DNA of 64,000 nucleotides, taken from contig NC_083243.1 of the NCBI RefSeq assembly GCF_032191835.1, forward strand, positions 164,610,001 to 164,674,000. The letters run 5' to 3'. The DNA is from Heteronotia binoei. Its lineage: Eukaryota. Below, one piece after another: positions 47,835 to 61,413 of the stretch. Position 1 is the stretch's first letter. Each line of letters begins with the position of its first letter. The position numbers and the translations under genes were made by a program. Under the pieces are notes generated by a model that had not been told where the DNA came from, did not search any database, and saw nothing but the letters and a program-made list of their open reading frames with translations.

Positions 47835-48285
47835 ATTTATTTGGATTTTTAAAAGGACACCTCTCCATGAACCTGCCCAAGGGCAACGTTTACAAAATAA
47901 AAATAATAAAAACAAAATGTTAAAACCCAGCACTGGGTGGTGGTGGTGGGGGACACAGTGCAGCATAAAAAAGACCATAAAAACAGATCACAGGTTAAAA
48001 TAAGTCTCCAGACTAAAACAGTTTTTAAAAACCAATTTTGGCTTAATGTGTAAAAGAAAGGAACATAGATAGTAGACAGCCCTTGAAGGGAAGGGCATTC
48101 CACAAATGAGGTGCCGCTTCTGAAAAAGCCCTTTTTCTGGTTGCCACTCACCACTTCTTTGAAAGCAGGGGCAAAGAGTGGCGCGCTTGTGTGACAGATC
48201 TTAAATGGCAGGTTGGACAATAGGCGAGGAGGAACTCCTTCAAGTACTCAAGCCCCAAGCCATTTAAGGCTTTAAAGGTAGTAGA
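47835..48285 (-). mobile_element. L2-clade LINE 3' fragment
   Basis: FKALNGLGLEYLKEFLL and KKGFFRSGTSFVEC (RAFSVAAP.LWN-like); tttatttattt tail. Confidence 0.75.
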
Positions 48286-48397
48286 AGAAGAAAAGTCAGT
48301 ATTTATACCTGTGGTATATTTATTGTATATACGTAATGGTACAGTCTGGTCCTCCCCCAATATCTTTGTGATTTAGTTTGGTCCTATTGGGTAGAGA

Positions 48398-48552
48398 AGG
48401 GGATGGCAAAAAATGAGATGGCTGGACGGCATTACTGATGTAACTAACACGAATTTGAGCAGACTTCGGAGGAGGGTAGAAGACAGGAGGGCCTGGCGTG
48501 ACTTTGTCCATGGGGTCGCAAAGAGTCGGACTCGACTACAACTGAATAACAA
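48398..48552 (+). mobile_element. Short BovB/RTE 3' fragment
   Basis: MRWLDGITDVTNTNLSRLRRRVEDRRAWRDFVHGVAKSRTRL. Confidence 0.9.
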
Positions 48553-48754
48553 AAATGCAGTAGAGCTCTTGTTTCCATTTTTGTATACTTGCTGAAGTTA
48601 TCTCGTGTTAGAGTTGTTTCCTTGCAAATGAATGTCTGATGATTTGAGCCAGCTTCTCTCTGCTGAATGGACCTGAGAACAAGTGCCTGAGTGAGTATTC
48701 CAATCTGGGAACCCACAGCCAAAGACGGACATTACAGTACCCCACTTTTCCCTA

Positions 48755-48959
48755 CCTTAAGGAGCTTCAAGATAGCTTACAATTGCCTTCCCTTTCTTTC
48801 CTCACAACAGATACCATTGAGGTAGGTGGGGCTGAGAGTCTTCTGAGAGAACTGTGACTGGCTCAAGGTCACTCAGCAGGCTTCATGTGAAGGAGTGGGG
48901 AATCAAACCTGGTTCTCCAGATTAGAGTATGCCACAATCACTATATCATGCTGGCTCTC
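48755..48959 (-). mobile_element. Squam3-like SINE
   Basis: Reverse complement of the gagagccagc...ggagaaccaggtttgattccccactcc head and core. Confidence 0.85.
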
Positions 48960-49850
48960 TGGTAAGAACCAGTACTTTAAATTGTGCCTGGAAAGAAATA
49001 AGCAGCCAGTGCAGATCTCTGTATCTTGCCTCTGACTGCTGTATTTTGTACAGGATGAAGTTTCAGAACCATTTTCAGAAGATATTACAGTAATCTAACT
49101 TGGATGTAATCAGAAATTGGATCACTGTTTTGAGGAACTGCTGTAGCTTACCAGCAAAAGCTGATAAAGGGCACTGTGTGCCACAGAGAAGATCTGGGTC
49201 TCCACATGTAGACCAGGATCCAGCAGTACCCCCAAGCTATGAACCTGTTCCTTCAGTGGGAGTACAGCCTCCTCCAGGACAATCTGACTCTAAGCTTTGT
49301 CATTGATCAGCAGCTCCTCAGTCCTGTCTGGATTGAACTTCAGTTTACTGCTCTCATCAGTTTCATTACCATCTCCAGACACCTTTTCAGGACTTCCATA
49401 GGTCCACCTGGCTCAGCTGTTAAGGAGAAGTAGAGCTGGTTGTCATCTGCATATTAGTGGTACCTTTCTCCAAAATACCCTCATTAGTTCTCCAAGCATG
49501 GCAGACAAAATGGAACCTGTAGGACCACATAAGATAAATATAATGGGGCCAAGTAACAGTCCCTTAGCACCATCTTCAGAAATTGTCCAGTCAAATAAGA
49601 GAACTACTGAAGCATGGTACCCCATCCACTCCCAATTCAACCAGCCTCTCCAGAAAATACTATAGTCAACAGTATCAAACATCACAGACAAGGCCAGAAT
49701 AAATCATTCCTTTGACTTGTCACTCTCCCAGCAAAGACCCATCTGTCAGGGTGACTAAAGCCAGTTCTATCTCAAACCCAGTCCTTAATCCAAATTGAAA
49801 TGGGTCCAAATAATCATCTCCTTCATTACTGCTTGAAGCTCTGTGGCTAC
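48960..49850 (-). mobile_element. Old L2-clade LINE RT fragment
   Basis: Degenerate SVMFDTVDY..., GPTGSILSAML, ..CR*QLY resembling L2 RT motifs. Confidence 0.7.
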
Positions 49851-50219
49851 TACCCAGTCCAATACTGTGCCCAAACATGTGCACAATGAGGTCCAAGGAT
49901 GTTTTCTTGGTTGTGCAACTACTCTTTCAAAAGCACTCTGTATCCAATGAACGGACAGGACTCCTTACAGTATCGGATGGTGAGCTGAGGTGGGAAGAAC
50001 AAATCCAGCTCAGCTTTCTGAAGAAAAGGAATGTGATTCATGACATGGGTGACAGGGGCAATTTGAACCACCTACTTAGATGATCTACTCACAAATAAAT
50101 TTACTTATGTGTAGGCACTCTAGCTGGCTACTTTAGATGGCTGGCAGACTCCTCTGTTCACAGATTTACTCACAGCCTGATTAAAGGGAACAGTGTTCAT
50201 TGCACTGTTTATCCAGAAT

Positions 50220-50365
50220 TGACAGAGTCTTGTGACACTGAAAAACAGTGAATTTACTCTGGCATAAGCATTTGTGAGCAGGAGTAATTTGACAAAGCGG
50301 GCTTTGGTTTATGAAATGCCACAGTAAAAGTTAGTCTTAAAAGTGCCAGAAGTCACTTCTCGTTT
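50220..50365. mobile_element. Degenerate palindromic Penelope-like terminal remnant
   Basis: gagtcttgtgacactgaaaaac...ggcataagc and inverted gaaatgccacagtaaaagttagtcttaaaagtgccagaag; same pattern as 32165-32629. Confidence 0.45.
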
Positions 50366-51619
50366 GGACTGCAACTTCCCATATGGAATTTATCTCCCCG
50401 AAGAAAAGGGTGAATTGCACAGAAATATCAGTAAATTATTGGCTTTCCTGTAATAAAATGTAAAATGGACAGTAATCGGGGACAAGACTATTCAGGAAGG
50501 ACAAACTGCCATTTTTTAGGAGTTTGCTCTGCTTATGCAAGTAGAACATTTGCTTCAGCAGTTATTTATACTTAGTAGGCTGCAGTAACTTCTGCATGGA
50601 CTGTAAATCAGTGTGCTTGACAAGAAGAAAAGCCTCCATCTGGAAGCAAACTTAGGCCTCTAGAGGCAGCAAGAAACAACATTGTCTTTTGATAGAATTG
50701 AATAAATTGAGTTCCCCTTGAAGGGTTTATTTTTAACCCAAAACATGTTGGGCTACAGCATTTCTTCATAATGCTGTCTTTCTAGCACCTGTTGAGATCT
50801 TGCCCTCTCTTGTTTCCTCTACCTAAAGACAGTGCCCTCCATTTTTAGTTCTCTTTAAATATAACATTAAAAGCATAGCAACACCTTACTGGGACCACAC
50901 CCAGTCATGGCAGGTAGGAGGAAACCTGTGTAGCAAGGTTGAAATTGGGACACAAGCAGTCCATTTCCTAATAGCTATTTTTATTCAGCAAGTCTTTTTC
51001 CTCTTATAGGTATTCTATGATTATAGCCAAGGAGAATGCTGTGTTTTGCCCTAGTTTGATACTACTGGCTACTTGGCATGGGGGCTCTTCACTGGAGAAC
51101 AGTTCTGTTAAATATATTTTGTTGTTTTCTTCTTTGTGCTTGACCTGTAACATCACAGTTATGCTGCTGTACAGCTTAAACAAATTGACTGGCCTATTGT
51201 TTTGTTGTTAACAAAAATATTTTAAAATATATTATGTCAGGCAACAGTTTTATTATTTAGCTCCCATGGGATTTACCAGATGGGGATTTAGATCCATTTT
51301 TGAAACTATGAGTTGTTGTATAGATCTGGAGGTAGATTGGGGACTTATTGTATGTATGTGGATGCTTTCACCTGAATCTGATGGCTAACTGTAACAAGAG
51401 AGCTTGATCTCCAGCTCACATGGTGAAGACCCCCACTTTGATGACATGCCTTCCTGGCCGTACACTTGGGGGGAACAATTTATGTGCCAAGACACAGTCC
51501 CCACACAACACCCTTACAATGCACGCATGGCTAGGAAGGGACATTTTCAGGAGAAGGTGCAAGTACAGTACACGCTCTACTACTATGTTTACAAAGCACT
51601 GGAACTGAAGCCTGGGAAA

Positions 51620-54392
51620 ATCAGAACCAGACATTTATTTTTAATAACAATATCAATAAAAATAAAAAAAACCAAAACCAGACATAACTTTCTGAAAACA
51701 GCTTTCTACCTCATAATTTCACAGAAATTAGCTTGGAAATATTGTTTTGCCCTCCCATCCTCTTGATTCCTGCATCTTTTGCTTCTGATACACCAACCAC
51801 AGCAGACAGAAGATGAAACCAGAAGAAAATGAAACCTTGCCTACTTTCCAAGAATAGGGATAGGGTAAGGAGCAAGGGCTCAGCAGAAATGGTAATAGAT
51901 TGGGGAGGGAGGGGGAGTCCCCTCCTATCCATTCAGAAAGGCCTGATTTAAATGTGAGGCTAGTAAGGCAAAAGAGCTTCCACAAGTTACTCTGCATGGG
52001 CTCGGCATCTTCTTTAAACTCTGCTGCAACCTGCAACTACACTTGCTTAGTTAGCACTCCAGCACAGTATCTACAAAGGCTACAGATCTCTAGTGTGCAA
52101 GCATAGCACACAGACTTTGCATAAAGTTATGGAAGAGTTTAAATGAAATTCTGAACCTGCGCAAAATTACATGAGGAAGCAACTTTACTTTGCCAGCTTC
52201 ATGTTTTAATCATTCCTAAAATGGGCTGGGCATAAACATGTGCCTAACTTCTCCCAATTTCTCAGCTAAGTGAGTGGTGAGGAGCAGGTAGTAACTAGTT
52301 TCTGCTCCCCCAGCAACACAGCATGCTGCAGCTGTAAAGGGTTTTTAAATTCCTGCTTGGACTCTCAGATGGTTGAAACTCATCCACTCTCTAAGGAGGA
52401 CAGGTCTCCTGCTACAGAGGGATACCTCCTAGGCAGGACCCCTCTTCCCTGATGCCACTTGACAGGATGGTAGTAGTGAAAAGGTGTGTGTGTATGGGGG
52501 GGCGGGGTGGGGTGGAATTCAGAATAGTACTTCACTTCTGGTGCACAATTGGAAGTGCCATCATCATGTTGATGCAGTTTTGGGTGAATCCTATGTCATT
52601 GCCCTGATGTGATGACATTACTTCTGGTGTTATGCTGGAAGTGATGTTGTGTGTGGATGCAATGCCAAATCCCTTCTACCCCCCACTAGGGTGCCAGCTA
52701 AAGTTGCTGTGTAGCCATCTCAGATATAATGGATAACTATTGTGCTACAGCTGAAAAATAAAAACAAGTGAATGAAGACAGGAAATGAATGGGTACAGCA
52801 GATGATCTCAACTGCTTGCTAGTGCACTATGAGCTCTCAGGCAAAGTTAATTTTATTGGAACTCTCACAGAAATAACACTGTGCTACCTGCTATGCCTTT
52901 TTAGGAAATACTGTTACTGGTCAGCAATTAGCTTCTTGTCCAGAGATGTTCCAAAAACAGTAGCTTTTCACACAGCTTTGGTTTCCAGGTTCATGAAATG
53001 AGGACAGCTTCAGACGTTGACAATGTTAAGGAAGAAGTGAAAGCACCTCCTGTTTCTTTGCCTTCTCTATATTGCCTGAAAAAGAACTTCTGTAGATCCC
53101 CAGCCTTGAAGACGTACTTGTGATCCCTGTAGTGGAAGGCTGTGCTTCTCCCAGGCAGGGGAGGCATGCAAGTTCTATTTTGGATCAGATGGGAGATGTG
53201 GAATCATGAGGCACTTGAATTTCTTGATACCTGTGTTGCATCTGAAGTGGCTCCAAGAACAGCTGGAGCTGCTCTCTCCCTTATTAAATTCATTTTCATG
53301 GGGCTATACTGTCTCTATCTAGCTCTGTCTTTGAACCCAGAATATCTTTTTCCAGCTTTCCACCTGCCAAAGAAACAAGTACATGTAAGATCACAGAAGT
53401 ATGGGCTGGGGCTCTCTCTACCTGAGGTAAGATGTCACTGTAAGATAGCATGAGGAATAAAATCCAAAACTGGACTTGATGGATTGAAACCACCACCTGA
53501 TACGCATCTTCTCAGTTCCTCTCAAGACACTGAATTCCCCTGAAGCCCAAGCCCCTGAGGAGTTCTCCTCTCACTTTAGAGCCAAAGCCCAGGGCTCATA
53601 GTATGGCTCAGTTCAGACATAATGCAAAACAGCAATTCAATTAAACTGTGGTTAGTGTGACTGTTTGAATATAGGCTACTCCATTAACTATGGTTAGTTA
53701 TTAGGGTGTGTCAAAGAAAGATGTAAAACCATAGCCTGAAGTTGGTTTAGTCTTAACTGGAGGTTTCATGATATATGCTCATGGATATTGTGGCTTAATG
53801 CTTGGATAGCTCTCCAGTGATGCTGCCCAACTACAGATATTCATGGTTGGAGCCTGGGTGATGAAATCAGCATTTGTCAAGGCAAATCAATATTTAAGTG
53901 ATCATTTGTGAGCTGAATTGTGGCTTCATAGATTAACCATAGTTAAAATAAACCATGTTTTCACATGATGTCTGAACCAAACCAAGGCAAATGAGCGAGA
54001 ACCACCACGGCCTTCCTTTGCATCTGTATAAACCTTGTGCAGCTGTCTCAGCCCCTCTCAGTCTGGCAGTAACTATGGAGGGCTCACCCTGTTCTCCCTT
54101 GAGCAGGAATCCTGACCTTTCAGCACTACTGAGTTAATATCTGTAATTTCTGACTAAGAAATTAGATCCCTTAAGAAAAGTCACAAAAATCCCAAAGTAA
54201 ACATGGTTTGTTTTAAATCGTTCCATAGAAATCCTCAATTCCAAGAGCCCTTGCACAGGCCTCAGACGCAGCGTCAGAAGCACACCAGCAGCAGTGTGGA
54301 AATTGTGCCAAGACAGGATAGCACAGCTAAGGTGGCTTCTTTTTCACCTCCTCAGGAGGGCTGGAAGTGGAGTTCATCAGCATGGCTGGTGT
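51620..54392 (-). other. Probable B4GALNT4 3' UTR (end uncertain)
   Basis: Follows the stop codon. Minus-strand AATAAA candidates at 52852-52857 and 51634-51639; which is used cannot be told from sequence. Confidence 0.45.
53605..53983. mobile_element. Old MITE with gttcagacat terminal inverted repeats
   Basis: ggctcagttcagacataatg / catgatgtctgaaccaaacc; internal inverted taactatggtta / taaccatagtta. No clean TSD. Confidence 0.55.
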
Positions 54393-54507
54393 TTAGTCTT
54401 TGGGTGTCTTCTTGTTGCGTGAATTCCACATGCCGCGCTTGGAATGGTAGTAATGGTAAAAGTTCCTGAGTCGCAAACGTTCTACTTCTAGCCCACTCTG
54501 CAGCACT
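54393..54507 (-). CDS. B4GALNT4: B4GALNT4 last coding exon with stop codon
   Basis: Acceptor ttgttccag|. Encodes [41 protein letters not shown] at 54393-54395; matches the B4GALNT4 C-terminus ([27 protein letters not shown]). Confidence 0.96.
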
Positions 54508-56436
54508 CTGGAACAATGAGAGTAAGAAAGGAATGAGAAGGGAAAGGAAGGACGCACATAGAAGAGATGTACACCGCCCCCGCCCCCCCGCTAAATGTCT
54601 GCTGTAGACTGAGAGGCCAACTAGATAAAATTGAGATCCATGCTCAGATCTCTCATCCCAGTGACTTTAAAAAAACAAACAAAACAGCAGCTATGTGGAT
54701 CAGACCCCAGTACTGGGAGATGGTGTTTTTAACCCTTGGCCATGCCCCTTTCACTGTTTTCCCATGTAAATCCTTCTTCTGCCCAAAGCTATTATTTGAT
54801 CCCACCCAAAAACCATACAGATACTTCCAACATCTTGACTGTTTTGACTCAGACCACTTTCATGCAGGACATTAAAAAAAAGTATTGGGGTGCTCTCTGT
54901 GCTGATATAAGATACAAAGCAGCAGAGAAATCAGATGTGCATTTTAGCTGATGTAAGTTTAAAACTGCAAGACTTATTTTAAGTACCATGTGTGAAAGTA
55001 CCTATTAGAAACTGCTGCTCTATATACATCTTCACCTTTTTAAGATCAACAATGAGATCACTGCATCAAAGGCAAACAAAGCATCCATTAAGGTGTTATC
55101 ATTCTTGGCTATTTCAGATTTCTGGAATTCCTTGCAAAATTTGCCAAAGCCTGAGCTTGACCTATGCCTGAACCCTTGGGTGAGTTCCATGACAGCGCAA
55201 CATTGGACATGGAGCCTTGCTAATTGATTCACTTTGTTAAAGCAGCACAGTTACGTTGCTAAAAGTAATTTTGACTGTTTGACAGCTTGCAAGGCACCAT
55301 GCAGGGCTGTGGTAATGGCAGAACAGCACACGCAACAGCTTGGCAGAAACTGGTGATACTCACACCCCAATGTAAGTCAGGAATAGAGAGACCTCTTAGG
55401 ATTCCTGCTGCAAAACCTTCGGAGATTGGCTTTCAGTCAATTAAGCAAAGGTTTAAATCCAGGATGCCTACAGAATTCCAGTACTTTCTATGCTATAAAA
55501 GAGAGCTGAAAAATCTTGCAGACCTCTTGAAGAAAAAACCTTCGGGTAGACTGGCAGCCTTAGGGCATTTTGCACAGTCACAGCAGGCCCCAATCACATT
55601 TCAGACTTTGCATGAAAGCTCTGTGCCTTTTCAAAGTCAATCACACAACTTCCTGACAGTGTATAACAGATTGAGGTGGACAGCTTTCTAAAAGGTGGGG
55701 TGGAGAGCCATGCTGCTGTTTGCCCCTCTTTATTAAAAAATAAAAGGGCAGTTAGAAGTGTGCTGTGGCACACTAGAAAGACATCAAAGAATCTAAATAC
55801 AAATTTTAAAATGGCAGAGCTCAAGAAGGAGAGTCTTAGCTTCTGTTTTTGCCACTATAAAAATATGTCTAGATTAGAGCTGCTGCAGAATATAACATGC
55901 TCTGTTTGAACAATGAGGCCCTGTGCATCTATGGGAAATTGGACAAGCACTAGATTTAGACTGCATTGTGCTGACAGCTTCCTCCCTGATGGCCCCACTT
56001 CTTCCTTTAGCAGCAGCCTTGATCCATGCAGCGTACACTGAAACCTGAACAAAAGGCTCTGAGCATTCTTGTGATATGACATCACTCACATGTTCCAGGA
56101 CCTAAGGCTGTCCACAAAAGTACAACAAGCCTCAAGTCTCCTACCTCAGAAACTGTCCCTAGCTCTCTTTCTTGATTGAGAAATCATCCTTTACATTTCC
56201 TCAACAGGAAATGATCTGGGGACTGATGAAGAAATCTGGGTACAATCGAAGGAGTCCAAGTAAGTAAAACTATGTTCAGTAGAAGCAAAGTCTTTCTTCA
56301 GTTGACTATGGTCAAGGATAGTATCTATCCCTTCAAAAGTTCAAGACACTGGCAACTTTACAGACAAAAGCTTAAACATGTATAGATAAACTGACATCAG
56401 CATCTTGCAAAACTGTTATATCAATTTAGGTTGTCA

Positions 56437-56652
<216 letters not shown>

Positions 56653-57369
56653 TTATTATCCACAGAAACCAGTCTGTCCTCTACTGGCTGCAAAAGGCAT
56701 TGTCTTGTGCATACATTAAATAGTTTTGAAATAACTAAGAAGCAAAAGATTACATAGAACTAACGCATGAAATTGATCCCTTCCCCGTGTTACTTCCTGA
56801 TCTCTCCGATTCAATTAGTTGCTCATTACCAAATGCACAGAATTTCTCTCTTACTATCTTTCTCTTTTGTTTGTGAGCAAATTCATTGTTGCTTGTCTGT
56901 GGGTGCGCACACCTATGCACACAAGCATTTTCATTCATTATAATTTCAACTGTGGGCCTCTTAGAGGCAACAAGACCTCTGTTGACAAGATGCTGTATTA
57001 GGCAGAACTGGGATTTGTTTCATTATCTTTCTTCCATGTACCAATTCCTGACCTGAAAGGGTCAAGAGAAAGCAAAACAGCTAGACTCCAAAGAGAGGAT
57101 TTCACTCTCCTTGCACTATCTCTGCAGTGGTGGAAACAGGAACTTCCTGATATTTTAGATGTTATATTTCTGCATAAAAGAAGAGATTCAGTACCAAGGG
57201 ACATTGGTAGTAGCAGAAAGAAAAATAAATGCTAAGTTGTTTCAACTCTCTGCCCATAACTTGTAGCCTGAAGCTGTGAGTCAACTGTCCATTAGACTTA
57301 GGACCAACCCAGAAGTTTGTGTTGGATACACACACACACATACACATGGGGTTTCTTTAAAAAAATGTT

Positions 57370-57660
57370 TTATATTCTTTATTATAAACCAGACCCCCAA
57401 ACAGAAAGAAATAAACAATAACAAAATATATCAGTAGTGATGCCAAATCTACAGACAAGCATCTGCATAAAGGTTTCCAACATCTAAAAAATACATTGGT
57501 GCACAGTTTTCAAATGCTGATAAAGCCAAAAGGTCCTCAATCCATTGGCTTACTGGATGTGGGCATTTATCTTTCCAGTGTTGTAATATAAGTCTTTTAG
57601 CAACAGTTAGTCTCCAGGAGACAGGCAAATGGTTTAAAAGTAAACAAGCATCCTCAAAAA
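57370..57660 (-). mobile_element. Old L1-clade 3' fragment in a B4GALNT4 intron
   Basis: Minus frame LTVAKRLILQHWKDKCPHPVSQWIEDLLALS resembles L1 ORF2 C-termini. Confidence 0.6.
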
Positions 57661-58479
57661 TTAAGTATTAATTAATTAATTATTGATTAATTAATCAAAA
57701 AGTATTCTAATACAAAATTGATATGAGTAACGACTCTCCCAAAAAGACTGAATAACTGGACAGACCCAAAACATGTTTAAGAGATGCCACCAGTGCCAGC
57801 AATTAGTTCTTTACTAAAAGGGGACTATGGTGTCCAGTATATCCTAAACGTGATTTTTTGCTGAATAAGTCACAGCTTGAGGTCCATAGAAACAACATGT
57901 ATAAGACTTAGGGCCATATCCCATTGCTTTGGCTGAACAGGGTGATCTAACTCCTTGTTTCATTTATTTCTGAGACTTTGCATATTATATTTATTAATCA
58001 ACAGCACATGTTTATAAGCAAACATTGGAAGTTTCATTTTCTGCAATGATGCATACGAATTTGATTAAACTGTCAGTTTTATACAGGTTTCAGAATTCAG
58101 CCTTCTTGGCGCATGATGTTAATCACTTACCCTTGGTGTGTGTTTGTAACATCTTTAGCAGACAACACCTAAGTGGATAAGACCCACTGCCCCAGAGTTG
58201 TAGATGGGAAAAGAATTAAAGCAGGAACAATCCTACCACCATCAACAAGGAACTTTATTAATAGGAAGTTTCCCTCAACCTGGAGTCTTGCTAACAAGGT
58301 AATCAGGAGCATGTTCAATGAACCCTGCTCCTTGGTAGAAAAAATAGAGTGGTTTATGGATGAGGAAGTAAAGTGGTCTGGGACTGACATATCTATGGGA
58401 CCATTTCCTCAGTTATGTCCCCAGGAGAGTGCTATGCTCTTTGGACAGCAATTTGCTGGTGGTCCTTGGCTCCAAAGAC

Positions 58480-58860
58480 ATCCAGCCTCAACCAGGGCCT
58501 TCTTGGTCCTGGCCCCACCCTAGTGGTGGAACTCTACAAATACCATCAGGGCCCTGCAAGGCCTTCTGCAGGCTTTGCAAGGCAGAGATGTTCAAACAGA
58601 CTTTTGTTTGAGGAGAGTGATGGTTACCATCTTGGCTGGCACCCTCTTCTGCTCTCTACATTTGTCTTGCCCCTCTTCCTCCCTGCCATGAAGTCTGCAA
58701 CTGAAATAACTGGAATTCACCATCTGACTTCATAGATTGTAGTACCACTGTTATTTTAATTGCTTTTATATTTTATGCTTTTATTATTATTGTATGTTGG
58801 CCAGAGCCCTGAATTAGCAGGGATAGGGCAACCCATAAATCTAACAAACAAACAAATAAA
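58480..58860 (+). mobile_element. L2-clade 3' fragment in a B4GALNT4 intron
   Basis: RAFLVLAPP*WWN...IRAL; aaacaaacaaataaa tail. Confidence 0.65.
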
Positions 58861-59785
58861 GGGCACTAGGAAAATGGGTTTTTTTATTGTCAGCCAGTCT
58901 CAGTCAGCATCTTTCCCAGGTTGTCTCAGTGAAGACAAAGCAATTGAAGAAGCAGAAGGTGTTCATTCTACCACCCTCTCCATCCCAGCCATCCCCATGT
59001 CTCAGATTTCTAATACAGTACTCAAAAATATGAACTAGATTGTAGATGATAGATAACTGACAGAAAGAGAACACTTACTGCATAAAGCTAATATATCCTG
59101 GAAATTCAGAGAATAAGCATTATTGTCCTAGTGATATAACAATTATTAACTTTGCACGCAGGCTCAGTGTATAATTTCTGTCACTTGCTTCTCTACCTTC
59201 TGCTTTCTACAAAAAGATTCACACACAGGCTAACTCCCCCTCACTTTTCCCGCTCAGTGGCCTCATCTGGCACTTGTTACCATTAGGAGGTTTAATGTCA
59301 AAATCATTTAGATAAGAACAGCAAGGTAGTTGCTTAGTGTTTCTCAGCACAGAAGTTGAAGCCAAGACTCCTGTGTTCTATTACGGATACATTATATCAC
59401 TCACATGTAATCTGTCTGGCCTCCCTGTTGGCTTGTGGGGATGCCAATACCTTCCCGATAGAGGCCATGTTTACACAGCTTCATGAACAAGTCCTAGGTT
59501 ATCTGTATATCATTAATGGTCTCTCATCCCAGCAGTGAGAAAAAGAAAATGTAAAATGTTCCATTCTCTCTGAAGATAATTGCAAGTAAGGATTCTGTGT
59601 TTCTAAGAGTGAGTGCCACAGGCTTCCTCTTAAGAGTGGTAGCTTGGAAGCAGAACGCAATTGCAGTGCCAACAGGATTGCTTTAGGATTCTTTTAGCTG
59701 TGTTGCTAACTCATCTTAGTCTTGTCCTGCAGCCTGCTGTGTACACAGCCTCACTGTCAGACTCCCTCTGCTTCTGCAGCCTTAC

Positions 59786-59939
59786 CATTGGGTTCTTGCG
59801 GAGAGCTCCCACAGCCCAGCCTCATGACGATGGGTGCGTAAGCCAGTTTCCCCTCCACACAATGCTTCCGGATGCTGTCTAAAATGTTGAGGGGGAAGTG
59901 GATGTGCAGGTCACACAGGAAAACAATACTGCTGCCATC
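59786..59939 (-). CDS. B4GALNT4: B4GALNT4 coding exon (154 bp), contains the DLH (DXH) motif
   Basis: Acceptor ccctcag|, donor AATG|gtaagg. Encodes [51 protein letters not shown]; preceded by a 102-bp intron. Confidence 0.96.
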
Positions 59940-60041
59940 CTGAGGGATCAAAGAGAGCAGCACAGACAGACCATGACTCTGCGGCAAACCAGGTGCCAAG
60001 CAGCTCTGGGAACAGCCACCCTTCTGCACCTCCGTTCTCAC

Positions 60042-60114
60042 CTCTATGGAGTCCACTCCAACCTGCAGTCCTGCAGAGCGTTCAAAGTTTCCTGTGCGCT
60101 TCAAGTATTGGTAC
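60042..60114 (-). CDS. B4GALNT4: B4GALNT4 coding exon (73 bp)
   Basis: Acceptor tcgcag|, donor GAG|gtgaga. Encodes [24 protein letters not shown]. Confidence 0.96.
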
Positions 60115-60782
60115 CTGCGAATGAGAACAAGGAGGAAAAGGGTGCAAAGATGGTAGGAGAACAGGAATGAACAGAAGATGGGGTATCTGGCCCCAAATAA
60201 AACCCTGTATGGGTTACCTGGGTCTAACTACCAGGGCCTTTCAAGCATCTAGAAGGTGGAATCACCTGAACATAAAGCACACGAAAGGCAACATTAAACT
60301 GCAACCTGTCAGGCTACAGATGAGCAACAATTAGGGCTACCCACCAATCATAGCATTTCAGTTGACTGATCAGCTGTCTTTCCAATTAATATTATTCAGT
60401 TAAGTATAAGCAAATCTGCATGTTGTCAGTAGTGCAGATATGTATGCTTCTGAGATGCTGAAAAGGTTGAGACAGCGTATAATTTAACATGCATACACGA
60501 CTACTCATTTTTAGAAAGGAAGGTCATCAGTATCATTTTCTTGATCACTACCTATTATAGCAACACATCAGAACCAAAGCAAGTACACAAAATAAAGCTG
60601 CAGCCCTGGCTGGACAACCAGCTAAGGCTGTAATATTAACAGACATTTTTAATGGAGTGATCCCACTTGAACAAATGGAATCTACTTCCAAGGAAACATG
60701 CATAGTATCCAGATGCAAAGCTTGTAGCAGATAAATGCTCCAATTAAAACTTGCAAGCCTAAGGATGACATTCACAGAAGAT

Positions 60783-60971
60783 NNNNNNNNNNNNNNNNNN
60801 NNNNNNNNNNNNNNNNNNNNNNNNNNNNNNNNNNNNNNNNNNNNNNNNNNNNNNNNNNNNNNNNNNNNNNNNNNNNNNNNNNNNNNNNNNNNNNNNNNNN
60901 NNNNNNNNNNNNNNNNNNNNNNNNNNNNNNNNNNNNNNNNNNNNNNNNNNNNNNNNNNNNNNNNNNNNNNN
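60783..60971. other. Assembly gap (N run) in a B4GALNT4 intron
   Basis: Run of N. The flanking exons join in frame, so no coding exon needs to be hidden in it. Confidence 0.99.
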
Positions 60972-61413
60972 ACCAGTTTCTAAAGGACAAGCATCATCAC
61001 CAGACAGACTGAGTGGAGAAGTGGCTGCAGCTAGTTGCACACCTTCATCTTAAGGGGGAGCTGTTTCAGTAGGGATGGTTCTGACTTTGGCTAGTCCTTT
61101 CACACATGCATGCACTGAGACATTTCTACTGTTATTTTTGGCTATTCAAGCCTCATTCTCATACACAGCTGAACAAAACGAGGCCAGTCACACATGGCCT
61201 TGGAGAGGAAACCAGGTATCAGATTTTGTTTAAACAGTCTCACTTTTCCCTAGTGGCCAGCTGCACCTTCTGCATGATGCAGAGTAATGTGCTTGGCAAG
61301 TATTAGCGCTGCACTCAGAAAGCAGAGGAATGCTGGACTGCTTCAAGACGGATTGATACTGTCCCAGGAAGCATGGTCAGTGAGAAATGGACTTGCATCA
61401 CTGCTTGTGTTAC

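Noticed and set aside
1-54000. IFITM cluster genes
   Set aside because: No CD225-domain motif found. The cluster is expected on the 5' side of B4GALNT4, beyond 64000.
55032-56089. ORFs nested in the last B4GALNT4 intron
   Set aside because: Short, no recognisable homology, no supporting splice structure.
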